A DNA stretch of 64,000 bases from Cetorhinus maximus (taxonomy: Eukaryota), in NCBI RefSeq assembly GCF_964194155.1, contig NC_135881.1, positions 123,132,001-123,196,000 on the forward strand. Direction: 5' to 3'. Numbering within the stretch: the first letter of the stretch is position 1; every line of letters starts with the position of its first letter. Below the pieces are notes generated by a model, which made no database searches, had not been told where the DNA came from, and saw nothing but the letters and a program-made list of their open reading frames with translations. This document shows, in pieces, positions 12,600 through 26,700 of this stretch. The translations under genes were made by a program, and so were the position numbers.

Positions 12600-13680
12600 T
12601 TTTGAGCAGGAAGACATGACTTGGCGAGACCATTGGGAGGATATGGAAGAGGTGGCTGGTTGTTTGCAGGACTGCTTTCTCTCACTGGCATTGAAGTGGA
12701 GGGGGTGGTGATGGGAAGAGTGGCTGTTGGATGTGCCGGTGACATGGATCCATTGATACAACTTAAATGAACCTCGCATTAATAAGGGTATCTCTGGCAT
12801 CTCAAGCAGCAATGTGAGCAGCTGGTGCTGTATTATCCTCATCACATTCCTCTACCTTGTGTTCCTCCTCTTCCACGGAATCATCTGAAATGAATCTGAG
12901 CACTATGCCTTGTTCCTCCTGCAGGTCCAAACCTTGCTGCTGCACAATACTTAAGAGTGCAGCACAGTATACTTAGCAGCCATCGCACTCTTTACAGGAT
13001 TGCAGTCCTTTTGGCAAGCAGCCACAGTGACCCCAAGTTTGCAATGGGCTCCTGTACCCAGTTTCGCTGGGTAGTAACTTCCTCAGTTTCCAGAGAATTT
13101 CTTAAATCCACCACCAGCATTAAAGCCTGGTCCAAAGCCCACCCTACCCCCTCTTTGCCCCGCTGCTCCCTACCATCCCCTGCCTCCCCTGCATCCCCCC
13201 CACCCCCAAACAGGGTGCGAGATCCATTCCCTCTCTGGGACTTAACTCACTGCGGTGGCAATTCACCTTCACCGCCATAAAATGCTGGGACGTGGCAGGT
13301 GGAGCTGAGTTTTTAAAACTGCTTTTCTGAAAAGGTGTTAAGGATAGGGGCACATCAATCGGAGGCAGACCCTGCGTACATTGTGCCCCCCCCAGGATGT
13401 CACTCCCCGCTTTGTCCGTCCCTACCTAGTCTCAGTTATGGTTTTTGATGGGGCTTGAACGAACACTCCCCCTGCTGCTGGTGGCCTGGCGCACAAGGAA
13501 ACTACAAAATATTTAAAGAAATCTACTTTTCTGGGCCTCTTCTGGCTCCAGCTCCTGATTTCATCAAGTCCTAACCTGCATGTTTAAATAAAGGCTGCTG
13601 GCTTCATACAAGTATCTGCCAGGAGGATCAGAGTGAGAAGCCAACAGATTAGTCTCCAGTTCCATTTAAAATTCCCCTCA
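12600..13680 (-). mobile_element. Internally deleted Harbinger-like remnant
   Basis: Minus strand DARDTLINARFI* resembles a Harbinger transposase C-terminus; TTAAAATTC end near 13666. Confidence 0.4.
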
Positions 13681-14348
13681 TAGAATGTACAGAATATTGT
13701 TAAAAATTAGGCACTGCGAATTATATTTTTGATTCAAAATGCCCAAAATGACAATTTCCAATATAAATGGAACAAGGCAAATTTTCCAGGAAGCCGTTGA
13801 GAGTTGCTGCAATTACTATTTCTTTCTGTCCCACCAACAGTGCCTTTGACCATAAATGTAAAAAATCTCAGGGTTTGATAAAATTACCAGAAAAAGGACT
13901 TTTTTCTTTACCTTTATGTAAACTGGTTACAAGACAATACTTATGCGACTTAAGAAAGCACAACTTGCATTCAACATGACCGATTAATGTATCTTCCTGA
14001 TAAGCTGGAACAATTGAGCTTTTGAAGTGCCATATAGTTTTCTTTTCTACATAGTTCCGTATCCATATGTAAAGTTTCTTCCGTCTCTACAGGCTGATTT
14101 ATAAAGATTTAAATAATTAATTATTTTAGAGTCTGCTGAAAATGCTTTTATACATAAACTTTTGTTAGACACAGTAAAATATTTGCATTTATACTTCTAC
14201 ATGAGTGGAGGAAGTCAGGCTGAAGTTGAATACCTCAGAAACTGCTGTGTCACAATAGGAGGTAGAATGAATTTGCATTATCTTCTGGGAAAGTTTCACA
14301 AATATTCACAAAGAAGTTTCATGTTCTAGATTGGTCACTAGTGAAGTC

Positions 14349-14701
14349 TCAGATGAGTCCTGCTTCAGTATTGTATGCATCCTGTGACCCTTGGGGGAAT
14401 TCAGTTTTTTCCATTTTACTAGTAGTCCTTTTCACTTTTCTAACTTGCTCCAAAACCACCTGGGCATTACTTCTTTTTGCGTATATGAAATACACTGTGT
14501 GTCCAGCTATTACAAAAGTGACTGAGATAATAACCAACAGCCCGAAATATTGAGGGTTAGGAGTTGCCATAACCATAATGAAATGAAGCAGATCCATCAA
14601 ATAGTTCATTGAACTCTGCACACCATTTACAATTCCTCGCTGGAATTCTGGAATATTCTCCTGCAGAAGTTGTGTTACTGTCAGGTCAAAAGTCCATAGA
14701 C
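14349..14701 (-). CDS. SLC40A1: Ferroportin-like exon 8 coding part ([15 protein letters not shown]...EAGLI*)
   Basis: CCCTTTTAG acceptor; D504/H507 motif DLLHF; TGA stop at 14349-14351. Confidence 0.96.
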
Positions 14702-17700
14702 CTAAAAGGGAAACACAGTTTTGTAATCATGTTCTTGGTAAACTGATTGTTATGAATTGGCAGAACAGGTAGCTTGCATGATCTGATATTTTACTCTTGC
14801 TGAGAACAAATCAATTAAATATATAATCCCATGTTTAGTGTAAATCAGTTCAACTAAGAATGTGACTCTGATAATTTCACTTTTATTTTACCCACGCATT
14901 ATTAGAACACAACTGTGAAGCAAATTATAGCAACAGGAATCGTTGCCTTTGGCAGCCATGCAGTTCCTCTACAATTCCATGATAGCAAACATAATTGAAA
15001 TACATCATTCAACTATTTTCATTCACGCAATCTATCTTCCTAAAAATCTATGTATAGCTTCAAGTTATGGCTGATAGAAATGTAATATGCAAGGAGGTTA
15101 GGGGTCATTCCATTGAAAATGTGTCTCTCATGGAAATTGACAAAAATATTCGTGAGAGCTGAGGCTAGAGGGGATCCCAAGGCAACACCATCTATTTGGG
15201 TGTACATGGGGCGGAATTTTACTCATGTCGGGCGGGCTCGGCAACGATCGAGGCCGGAAGGCGATTTCACACTGGCGGGCTAATTAAGGCCCACCCAGCG
15301 TGAAAAGCAAGCGTTGCGCTCAGCACTGCCTGTATGGGCAGTGAGGGCAGCAGTGCAAGTGGGGCGAGTGTGAAATTCTTGCATGCGCGCTTCATAATCT
15401 CCCTGAGGCACAGAGCTGCCTCAAGGGAAATGAAGGGTTATAGAGAAAAAAACTAAAGAAAATAAAAATGTCATGAAACATGTCCCCTCATGTGACTCTG
15501 TCACATGAGCAGGGGCATGTTATTAACTAGGTTTTCAAATTTTTATTTTATTTTTATTTACTTTAGGAAACCTCATCCTGCCTGTGCATGAGGTTTTCTT
15601 AAAAAGTGCAAAGGCCGCTTGGCCTTTTCGCCTGCCCGCCTACTGTAAGGTTGGACGGGCAGCGAAAAATTTAAGTTAATTGCTCCTTTAATGGCCTTAA
15701 CAGGCCTTTTAATTGTCTGCCGACTCTGGCACGCGCCTGTCGACCAAACCATTGAGCGACTGCACGTTGACGTTGGCATACTCGGCCGATGTTAATGTGC
15801 ATCATTTCACGCTCGAGCGGGTTGGGCGCACACTCACCCGGTGAGATAAAAATTTTGCCCATTGTGTCACTGAAGCTGAACTCAACTGCGTGAGTTAAGT
15901 TCGCAAGTTCATTGAATATAGATTCAGAAAATGGCAATATATGTAGATTGCCATGATATAGTGACACGGCACAAATGTCTATGGAATCTGTTACAAATAG
16001 GGGAGAGTTAGGAGATAATTTCCCCTTCTTCCCACTTCTCTGTTGACCGCAACAAGATGTATATCTGAGGAGTGTGTTTTTTTGCCCCCCTTTCAGTGCT
16101 GTGACTTTGAAAAACAGACACAAAACAGGCTTTCTTGTAAATTTAAAAATCAAAAAGAAAAGATGAACATTTAGTAATCACAAAACCCGAAATGCAAAAT
16201 GCAACAAACACTCACTCCCCAAACTCACAGACACACACACATAAGAAATGTGATTTCTAGAAAACCAACATGCACTTAGATTACCAGAAGGGTAGGGCAG
16301 AAACAGGTCACTTCTTTACTGTCGTTAAGATGGTGGATGAAAATGTTGCAGTCCTCAAGGATTCTCTCCTGGTTTCTTGATGGCAAATAGAGGTTGGAAG
16401 TTTCTAGTTTTTAGTCTAAATCATAGTCCAGCCTCTGTAGTGAAGAAATGTAATAGCAGGTAAAACGTATTAACCCCTTTTAATGCCCGAGGTGACTTCT
16501 AAACAGGGTTTGTTTTTTGCTGGACCTGGATCTCTTCCCTTGGAGTCTTTTTCCTTTCTTCGATCAACTGACTTTCCACCATTCAAAAAAAATGTCAGTT
16601 ATAGAATGTTTCGTAAATGTCACAATCGGTTTCCCTGTCATGTGACCATGGCGTTAGCTTTCCATTGTCCACATATCAACATTCTGGACCAGAATAACAT
16701 CTGATGCAATTGTAATATCTCCTCGCCAGAGAAAAGAATGAAATTCCCTGACATTCCATTTTTGTTACATCACAGAACTTTAAAAAATAGTGTAAAACAC
16801 AAAATAGTAATCATTCAAACACATTCATTCCCATGCACTCCTCACGGTCATAGTCACTGAACTTTTCGCAACATGCTTGTAACATGTTGTTCATTTTAGA
16901 CAAACAGAAGATTCTTTTTGCTATACAAGAATCCATAAAGCAAACACTAAGGGCAGAATTTTGCTCTTGGCAGGTGGGCTTGGCAGGTGCGGTCAATCGG
17001 GAGTGGACCATGATTTCAATTAAGGCCCACCCAGCGTGAAACGCAAGTGGCAGTGCTCAGCACATGCCTGTGCAGGGTGGGGGAGGAGTGCCAAGCACAA
17101 GCTTTGCACATGCGTGCGTGCGAGCGCTTCATAATCCCCCTGAGGCACAGAACTGCCTCAGGGAGATAAAAGAGTTGTTAAAAAAGGAAAATGAAGAGAA
17201 TAAAAATGCAATAAAACATGTCCCCTCATGTGACTCTGTTATTAATTCAATTTTAAAACTTTTATTTTATCTTTATTTGCTTTTGGAAACCTCATCCCGC
17301 CCATGGATGAGATTTCCAAAAAATGCAAAGGCAGCTTGGCCTTTTCGCCTGCCCGCTAAACCGTTAGGTTGGATGGGTACCAAAAAATTTAAGTTAATTG
17401 ATTACTTAATGGCCTTAACAGGCCTTTTAATTGTGGGCAGGTGCGCTGCCAGCTCCGGTGTGTGCCCGCTGCCCGAACTATCGTGCGACTGCGCGTTGAT
17501 GTCGACAAACTCAGCCGACGTCAACGTGCGTCATTTCACACTCGAGTGGGTCGGGCGCATGCCCGCCCAGTGAGTGAAAATTTCTGCCCTAAATACTATC
17601 CAACAATTTATCAGAATTAACGTGAGATAAACATGAATTAACAGGCAAACTGTGGTTACTACCAAGTGGCAGATAAAGCCAAAACAGAACCCACAAATTC

Positions 17701-20700
17701 TCTCAGCAACCCACCCCAGACCTCAGTGATCACTTCACTTTGTAGTCACAAAAATCCTTCAGGCATTGTTTTTCTCACAAAGGACCTCAGCTTCTCTCCT
17801 TTAGAGATTTAGCCACAGATTTTATCCTCCCAAAAAGGCACACTATTCCGATCCCTCTCAGACCTGCTCCAAGGTTCAGCCTTCTTGGCTCTTCTTTTCA
17901 GCTGCACTGATCAACCACTGCCTATCAATTGCTATTCACTGACCTCTGGCCTCCTTGAGACCCAGATTCCACCACTACACTGAGTTATTACTGCTCACTA
18001 GGGGATTCCCTAAGCCCCAAATTCTCAGCAGCACTGAGCAATTACTGCTCCTGGGCCTCTCTAAGCCACAACTGTAGGGAGCTAACCACAGCACTTCAGC
18101 TGAATGCAGCTGGCAACCTTCTGCTGCCCCTCCAGCTCCAGACTATTAAATCTTACAACAGAGTCAGCCCCTGTTTTGGGCCATTGTTGAATGTATCAAA
18201 TTTAGTACTTCAAATGTTACAATCTCCAGTCAACCACCCCTCAAGTGCTAATTTAAAAAAAACATGCAGACAAAAATCAAAAAAATATAGATTCGCTCAG
18301 ACTTCTCACCTTGGGAAAAAGAAAGCTTCATCATAGTGACAGTTTCTTTGCAATAGCTTTGAAAATACAAGTTCTTAGCACCATAAACTTTTAACAAATA
18401 GCTTATTACTTACTGTACAGATAACCTTTTCATTTTTCACAATTTCATATTCAGAACTTAGCCAAAACAAAAGCAAGTACATGTCACAAGTAGGATTAGC
18501 AGAATTTGAACATCATAGAATTATCATAACACAAACCTCTGTTTTCTCCAATGCCTTTTCTTTAACTCTGCAAAGAACTTTAAGCCCACAAATTGTCACC
18601 CTCTTCTTTAGCTGTAGGCGTATCTCCGTTTTTAACTTCGTTTTCTAAACTCAAAAGTTGTAAATTCTCTTTTTAAGACAATTAGTTCAAAATGGCTTCT
18701 TTGTGAACCAACAACTCATTCCTTCTTTGAACAAAATCTATTTAGGCTGTTCAAAGAATCTCATTGAGGTGCTTTTTATATTCAAACAAAAGGGTTTGAT
18801 GTTCCAGTTTGTTTTGATCTTGGAACATTTTAACATCTTTCAGTTTCTCCTAATCCCATTCAGAACCTGTCTTACTTAATTCTTTTCAAGCAATGTCAAT
18901 AGCTTCCTCAATTTGGACTTTTATTTTATTTTCTAACATTTGAAATCTTCCACACAATTCACAAACCACATTTTCCAATCTTTAGGGTTTTAAATGTTTT
19001 TTTTTCCTGAACTGTCCACTTGCCTGGATTCCTGCTGCTGTATTCTGTGTCTCACTGGCTAATTTGGTAGTCACTTTTAGTCTTTCCTGTTGGAAATTTT
19101 TATTTTGAAATCCTGCAAGTACTTTTACAGTCTCTGTATTGTCCATTACTGAGGTGGACACATCAGTATTTTCACTTGAATCAATTCTTTGCTCAACTGG
19201 ATCACAAATAGGTAAGGAGTTTTTACTCACAGGAACAAACTTGGAACTGTGGCACCACATCCCAGATGGTGGAAAAACTATTTTGCCCCTATATCATTTC
19301 CCAATATAAAATCGACAGTTTAACTGTAATTTAGAAACAATTCCAACTGCACAAGTCTCCTTATCAGAGGACAATTTAATTTTGCTCTACACGATGGGAT
19401 AGACACACACTTGCTAACAACACCCTGTATTATGTGAGAAATTGATTTATATTTTTGGGGAATCTTATATTATTCAGTGGGAAAGGCTGTATGTGCATGT
19501 GTATGACTTAACTAAGCTAGGCAGAGGTTAATAGGAGATAGATTGTCTGGGGCGGTTTAAAACATGAAAATGAGGTACCAGTGAATAGGTTAGATCTAAC
19601 ATTTGAATTTTTAGAAAAGTTCAGTTTGTTTGAATATCAAAAGGAAATCAGAGGTCACAAGAAACATGTTTGCATCTTGCAGGAGTTCCATAGGTAATTA
19701 GGAGGGTAATATTATATCTTATTGACCCAAAAGCAAAGATAAGATGGAAAAATGAAAGATATTATATTTGGAAGGATTTGAGTTTCAAAGAGGAGTGAGA
19801 ACAATGGAACTGGAGATGAAAGGGAAAAAAGGTATTTTGTGGAGGGCTGTTTGAGCTGTAAGCTGAGAGATGTAGCAGCTGGAGCTGTGGGCTGGGAGAG
19901 GATGCAGTTTGAATCAACCATCCAGTCAAGCCAGAACAGTCTAGGGCTGCAAGGAGTAGTTTTATTCTGAAGTTTGGTTTTCCACAGCAGAGTGGAAAAC
20001 AGTTACAGGTCACGTGTTATGCCTTTATTAAAGCATTAGCAGTTTGCCTTGGGTAATATATCTGGATTTGTTAATAGTTAAACATCTATAAGGGAGTGTC
20101 ACCTGGAAAATCTTTACTTGTGGGTCTGACCAAGTAGAGAGTTTTTCTGGGGAAAAATGTTATAAGACTAAGTTTAACTGTGTAACTGTAATCTTGTGTG
20201 CTTAAGTTTTCTTTTATTCTTGTTAATAAAACTTCTACTTTTAATTTTTAAAATCCCAGACGTGTTACTGGACTTCTTGCTGCTGAGATCAGTATGACTT
20301 CTTCTCATTTTCAGAATACAAAAAAAAGGGTATGGCCCTTAAGCCAAGTTTCCTTCTGGGATTTGGTTTGCGAGCAATTAACACCAGCTGTAGTCATAAC
20401 AAAGTATACATTTTTATTCAGCAAACTTCTGAAGAAAGGTCGAAATCCTTTGCTAACAATAAACTCTGAGCCAAATCAGTATCTCTCAGAGTAACAATTT
20501 TTCTAGGCTCTTTCTTGGACAAAAATGGAGTGACTTCCCCTTCAAATATAAACCCCTTATAATCCTTTGTCTATCTATATCCACTGTAAAAACTTTAGAA
20601 GCAATGCATTTCCCAGAAGCTTCATTTTCTGGTGCAGCTTTCGCTGTGAAAATTCCTGCTATTTGCACAAGTGCCAATGATTTAGACTTTAAGCTCCAAT

Positions 20701-23700
20701 AATTTGCCATTTTATGACAGTGAAACCATGCCAGTCTTCTATGCTATCTTTTTGACCACCTTGGAGAGAATCAGCTTTTTCCTTCTTGCTATCCCCTTCA
20801 CTATCATTTGAAGCCTGTTCTTTTGCATTTAGCCTACTTTTCCAACTCCTGTGTGGATTTACAAATGGAGATCTATTTCCCCCTAGCTGCCTATGTGATA
20901 TGTCATACCTATCTGCCAGAATTGCCATTTCCCTTATTTTAGAAATCTTGCTGTCTTCCAGGTATGACCTGATGGCTGTTGGGATGTTTGTAAATTTCTC
21001 TACCTCCCATAAGATGGGTCTAATTTTATAGACCTCATCCAGCGATCAAAACCATGGGGCGAATTTTCTCCCTGTTGGGTGGGCCATTCAGGGGGGGAGG
21101 GGGGAGTGGAGCCGATTGCCGGTTGCACACCGCCATTTGTCGTGAGCAGGCTAATTAAGGCCCACCCAGCCTGACACTTGCCCAGTAGCGCTCAGCGCTA
21201 CCTGTGCGGGCGGGGGGAGGAGGGAGAGTCGGGGCCTGCACTCTTTCGTGCATATGCACGAAAGAGCACAGAAATCTCCCAGAGGCACGGAGCGGCCTCA
21301 GGGAGATTAAGTCCAAATGGAAAAAGTTTTCAATAAAGACAGATAGAAATTATTTAGACATGTCCCTTCATGTGACAGTGTCACATGAGTTGGGATATGT
21401 TTATCAATTGCGGAAAAAATATTTAATTATTAAATCCTTCATGAAACCTTATCCCGCCCGTGGATGAGGTTTCATAAAAAACGCAAAGGCCGCTTGGGCT
21501 CTTCACCTGCCCACCAACCTTAAGGTTGTACGGACAGCCCCGTTAATTATGGAAATAGGTTTTTAAATGGCCTTAACAAACCCCAATTTTCTTACCAAAG
21601 CCTCTCCAGTAAAACTTATTCCATGTGAATGAGACAAAATGTATTCCACCAGAGGTTTCTTACTGCTGTAATATGGAACACTCCCCTCTAATGTACCCAA
21701 TATTTCATCAATTACCTAGCGCACAAATGGAAGGAATTAGCACTCACATTTCAATTTTGTTAGTTAGGAAATTGATGGTAAGCATTATACTGTGTTCTTG
21801 CCAATGCTGGCCTCTAGCGCAGGCTTATTGCTGCCATAAACCTTCATGCTGACAAAAACATCTTGACTTTTAACTTATTTTTTCTGACATCCACTGAATC
21901 ATCAACAGCCAAAAAAATCTTTCAAAAGTATTTTGATACTTGTTACTAAGACTGAACCAAACTACTTTGCACATCAGAGAACATCTCCAAAAATTAGCAT
22001 TAGATGTTTTCAATACAGTTGCTTGGTAGTACAGAACTTGAATATTGCTGAAAAGAAGCATGTTGCCAAAGCTTTCCATCTTGCACTCATCAGGACAAAT
22101 GCAAGAATGCCAAATTTCAAACAAACAATCACAACAATTTATATCACAGGAGAAAAGGGGTACATTGGCAAGTCAACTCCAATTGGCCAAGGTGTTGCCA
22201 TGGAGAAAGCAACAGAGAGCTATAGGGTCCCCATGTTTCTGGATAATGAAAAACGTACAACATATTCCTTTTGTTTGCAGAGAATGGGTCCCTACGTACG
22301 AATAAATGTTGCTTCTAGCAAGGGTAAAATAAACCATGGGCAGGATTTTACCCTTGGCGGAGGTTCTCAGCTGGGGCAGGCGGGGGCGGTTGGTACCGCA
22401 CCATCATTTTACGCGGGCGAGCCAATTAAGGCCCGCCCAGCATGCTATGCAAGTGGCAGCGCTGCCTGTGCGGGTGGGAGGAGGGGGGGCCTAGCGTGAA
22501 CTTCGTGCATGCGCATGAAAGAGCACTTCAATCTCCCTGAGGCACGGAGCTGCCTCAGGAAGACGAAGAGTCGTTTAAAAAAAAAACTTAAGTGAACAGA
22601 ATTAAAATGTCATAAAACAAGTCCCCTCATGTGACACTTTTGTTTGATTCAATCAGCTAATCGTTGGGAAGTATGGCCTACATACCTGGCATCATAAATG
22701 ATGTTGCTGAATTGTGTGCTTTGGCAACATGTCTCTCTTTTCAGCAGTCTTCAAGTTTTCATAATTAGTATTAATGAACATAATTGTTTTAATATAATTT
22801 CCTGGAATGTGAATGCAGGGTCATATGATAGTACATCAAATTATCCATACTTATGTGTACTTAGAAATTATATTTAAAATGTCAGATCAGTCTGAAAAAA
22901 ATAAAATTGATCCAACTGAAAAGTATTTTTCCATAGATTAATCCAATGTGATCTATTAATATTGTCACTATGAGGGATCTTCAGTAGGTGCATAGCTGTT
23001 CTTCACCCAATTTGATTTTAGTCAGGCCAAGTAGTACCAAGATATTTTCCCACAGGGAGAGAAAATCAGACATGGAGTCAATTTGTACACTTTCTACTAG
23101 CCAGATAGCACCAGTGATAAGATGCATTGAGCCATTTCAATGTACTCTATCATGAAGTGATTAGATACTAATTTGTTCACTTCTTCTCCCATTTCCCTAT
23201 CTCAGCTATGCCACAATTGAATGGTATGCAGCAGAAGCATGGCAATCCGATACAAGGAGGGAAGCAAGCTGGAAAGTCATCACTTATCAGTTCCTGCAAA
23301 CCTTCCTATGGCAAATGTCTATAGTTTCCATGTAAGAAAACAGCAAAATTGCGTTTTTATGTAGATATACTGGATAATTGGTTACTCGTATCTCTACAGC
23401 CTGAGTTGCAGAACCACTGGAGGTAAAAAAGACAGAATATCCAAAAAGAGTTGGAAATTTGAAGCACCAAGACCAAAGGAGAATTTGCAACTCTGGAATG
23501 AAGAAGAACTCAGGCCTAGACTGAGAGGGGAGAGGCCCTTATAGGGAAAGTTACTTGCAGAGATTTTTCACGTTGGATTATTTAGATTTTAATGCACAAT
23601 AGTTAATTTATGATATAAACATGGTTACATAGCCAGCTGAAATAAAAATCAAGTTGGTAGTTGTAATCACTTTAGAAATAAAATTAAGGAATGTAATTCA

Positions 23701-26700
23701 TTCAAATTGCAGCATTTCCATTTGTTCCTTTTCCTTGGGATCTTTCCTGATCTCTCTTTCAGTATTTCAGTACGGTTAAGATTAAAAGATCACAAGAAAT
23801 AGGAGAGGGGTAAGCTATTCGGCCCCTCTAACCTGCTCGGCAATTTAATAAAATCAGGGCTGACTGGACTGTGCCCTTAAGTCCACACTCCTGCCTGCCT
23901 CCCTTAATCCTGGACTTCCTTGTAGATAAAAAAAATGTCTAACTCAATCTTGAATATATTCAATGACCCAGCTTCCACTGCACTCTTGGGAAGAGAAATC
24001 CAAAGAATAATGGCCATGTGAGAAAATAAAAAAATTAAAGGGAGACCTCTTATTTTTAAAACTGTGCCTTCTAATTCAGATTCCCCCACGAGGGGAACCA
24101 TCCTCTCAGCATTTAACCTGTCAAGCCCCCTCAGAATCTTATATCTTTCAATAAGATCACCTCTCATTCTTCTAAACTCCATTGAGGATAGACCCAATCT
24201 ACTCAATCGTTCCTCATAAGACAACCCCTTCATCCCAGGAATCAGCCTAGTGAACCTTCCCTGAACTGCTTCCAACGTAGACATATCCCTCCTTAAGTAA
24301 AGAGACCAAAACTCTACGCAGTGGTGTAGGTGCAGTTCCATCAGTGTCCTGTACAGTTGTAGCAAGACTTCCCTACTTTTATACTCCATCCTTCTTGTGA
24401 TAAAGGCCAACATCCCATGTGCCTTCCTAATTACTTGCTGTACTTGCATGCTAACATTTTGTGTTCATGTACGAGGACATCCAGATCCCTCTATGTCGCA
24501 GCATTTTGTAGTCTCTATTTAAATAATATTATGCTTTTCTATTCTTCCCACCAAAGTGGACAATTCATATTTTCCCACATTGTACACCAGCTGCCAAATT
24601 TTTGACCACTCACTTAACCTATCTTCAGCCCTCCTCACAACTTCCTTTCCCACCTATCTTCATATTATCAGCAAATTTGGCTATAATACATTCAGTTCTT
24701 TCATCCTAGTAATTAATATATTGATTGTAAATAGTTGAGGGCCCAGCACTGAGCGCTATGGCAATCCATAAGTTACAGCTTGCCAACCTGAAAACTACCC
24801 ATTTATCCAGACTCTCTCTGAAGGATTTTCCCCTCAGCGGTTTGGGGGTGGGGCCCATTCGCCGAGGGGAAAATGACGCGGGATGACGTCAGGAGGAACC
24901 CCCGACGTCATCTTGATCCATTTAAATCTTCAGGAAGGCGGGCGGACAGCGAAATCAGCTGTTTAATTAAGGTATTAATTAATTAAGGCCAATTAAGGCC
25001 ATTGACAGGCTAATTAACCTTGTTAAAGACCCTGCCGGTCCAAGCTTAAGACTGGCGGACAGGCCAGGAGCCCCAGCGGGCTCCAGATTATTCATGAAGC
25101 TTCATCCACTGGCGGGATGAAGTTTCATGTCCGTTTTTTAAAAATTTAATAAACTATATGTGTTTCTTATTAACATGTCCCATCTCATGTGACATTGTCA
25201 CATGAGGGGGACATGTTAATAATTTTAATAGTTCTCTATTTTTTGACTTTTCTTACCTGTCAGTAAACTTCCTGAGACAGCACTTTGCCTCAGGGAGCAG
25301 TGCCCTCTTTTGCGCACATGCGCGAAAGAGCACACTTTGACAGTTGGGGGTTTCCCCCCCACCCCCCGCACAGGAAGCGCATAGCAGGCCGCTGGGCAGG
25401 CCTTAATTGGCCTGCCCACTCAAAATGCAGCGGGCCCCGTTTCGGTGGCGGGGGTTGGCTGCCCGCCTGCCGCCGAGCCGGTGGGGCCCGCTCGCCCATC
25501 AAGGGCTAAATTCTGCCCTCTGTTTCCTGTTGGTTAGCCAATCCTCTATCCATGCTAATATATTATCTGCAACACCATGAGCTCTTACTTGTGTAATAAC
25601 CTTTTAAGTGGCACATTATCAAATGCCTTTTGGAAATCTAAATACACTGTATCCACTGGTTCCTCTTTATCCACCAGTTCTCCTTTATCCACCCTGTTTG
25701 TTACACCCTCAAAGAACTCAAATAAAGTTGTCAAACACCATTTCCCTTTCATAAAACTATGTTGATTTTGCCCAATTGTATTACGATTTTGTAGAAGTTC
25801 TGTTACTGCTTAATAATTGATTCTGGCATTTTCCCAATGACAGATATAGACTATTTGGCATAATTTTCTGCTTTCTGTCTTTGTTCTTGAATAGGGGTGC
25901 TGCGTTTGCGGTTTTCCAATCCACTGGGGCCTTTCCAGAACCTAAGGAACTTTGGAAGATTACAACCAACGCATCCACTATCTCTAGAGCCTAGATACAG
26001 GCCATCAGGTCCCGGGGACTTGCCTGTCTTCAGTCCCATTAGTTTTCCTAGTACTATTTCTTTAGTGATCGTGATTGTTTTAAGTTCTTCCTTTCCTTTT
26101 GCCTCCTGATTTTCTACTATTCTTGGGATGCTTTTCGTGTCTTCTACTGTAAAGATGGATACAAATTACTTGTTCAAAGTCTCTGCCATTTTCTCGTTTC
26201 CCATTATTGATTCCAAGTCTAATGATCTGAGCAATCAATGCTTACTTTAGCTACTCTTTTTTCATTGTATGTACTTGTAGAAGCGTTTACTGCCACTGCC
26301 TGTTTTTATATTTCTAGCTAGTTTAATCCCATACTCTAATTTCCCCCTTTACTTTAGTCACCCTTTTCTGGCTTCTAAAATCCCAATATTCTGGCCTACC
26401 ACTAATCTTCACATAATTATATGCCTTTTCTTTCAATTTGATACCATCCTTAACTTCCTTTGTTAGCCATGGCTGGTGCATCCTTCTCACAGAGTCTTTC
26501 TTTCTCAATGGAATATATCTTTCTTAAGAGTTATGAAATATCTCCTTAAAGGTCTGATATTCATTCTCTAGCATCTTACCTTTTAACCTATTTTTCCAGT
26601 CCATTTTAGCCAACTCTGTCTACTAAATAACCCTGTCTCATTAAACATTGCCAAGTCTAAAAGACCTTTTAACCTATTTTCCCAGTCCATTTTAGCCAAG

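Larger units (their letters stand above)
16099..21040 (-). mobile_element. Degraded nested Gypsy-type LTR retroelement remnants (LTR-like pieces plus gag-like residue)
   Basis: TGTAACA termini on the minus strand at 16768 and 18221; gag-like [29 protein letters not shown] near 20880-21000 parallels the gag at 31200-31330. Boundaries approximate. Confidence 0.45.
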
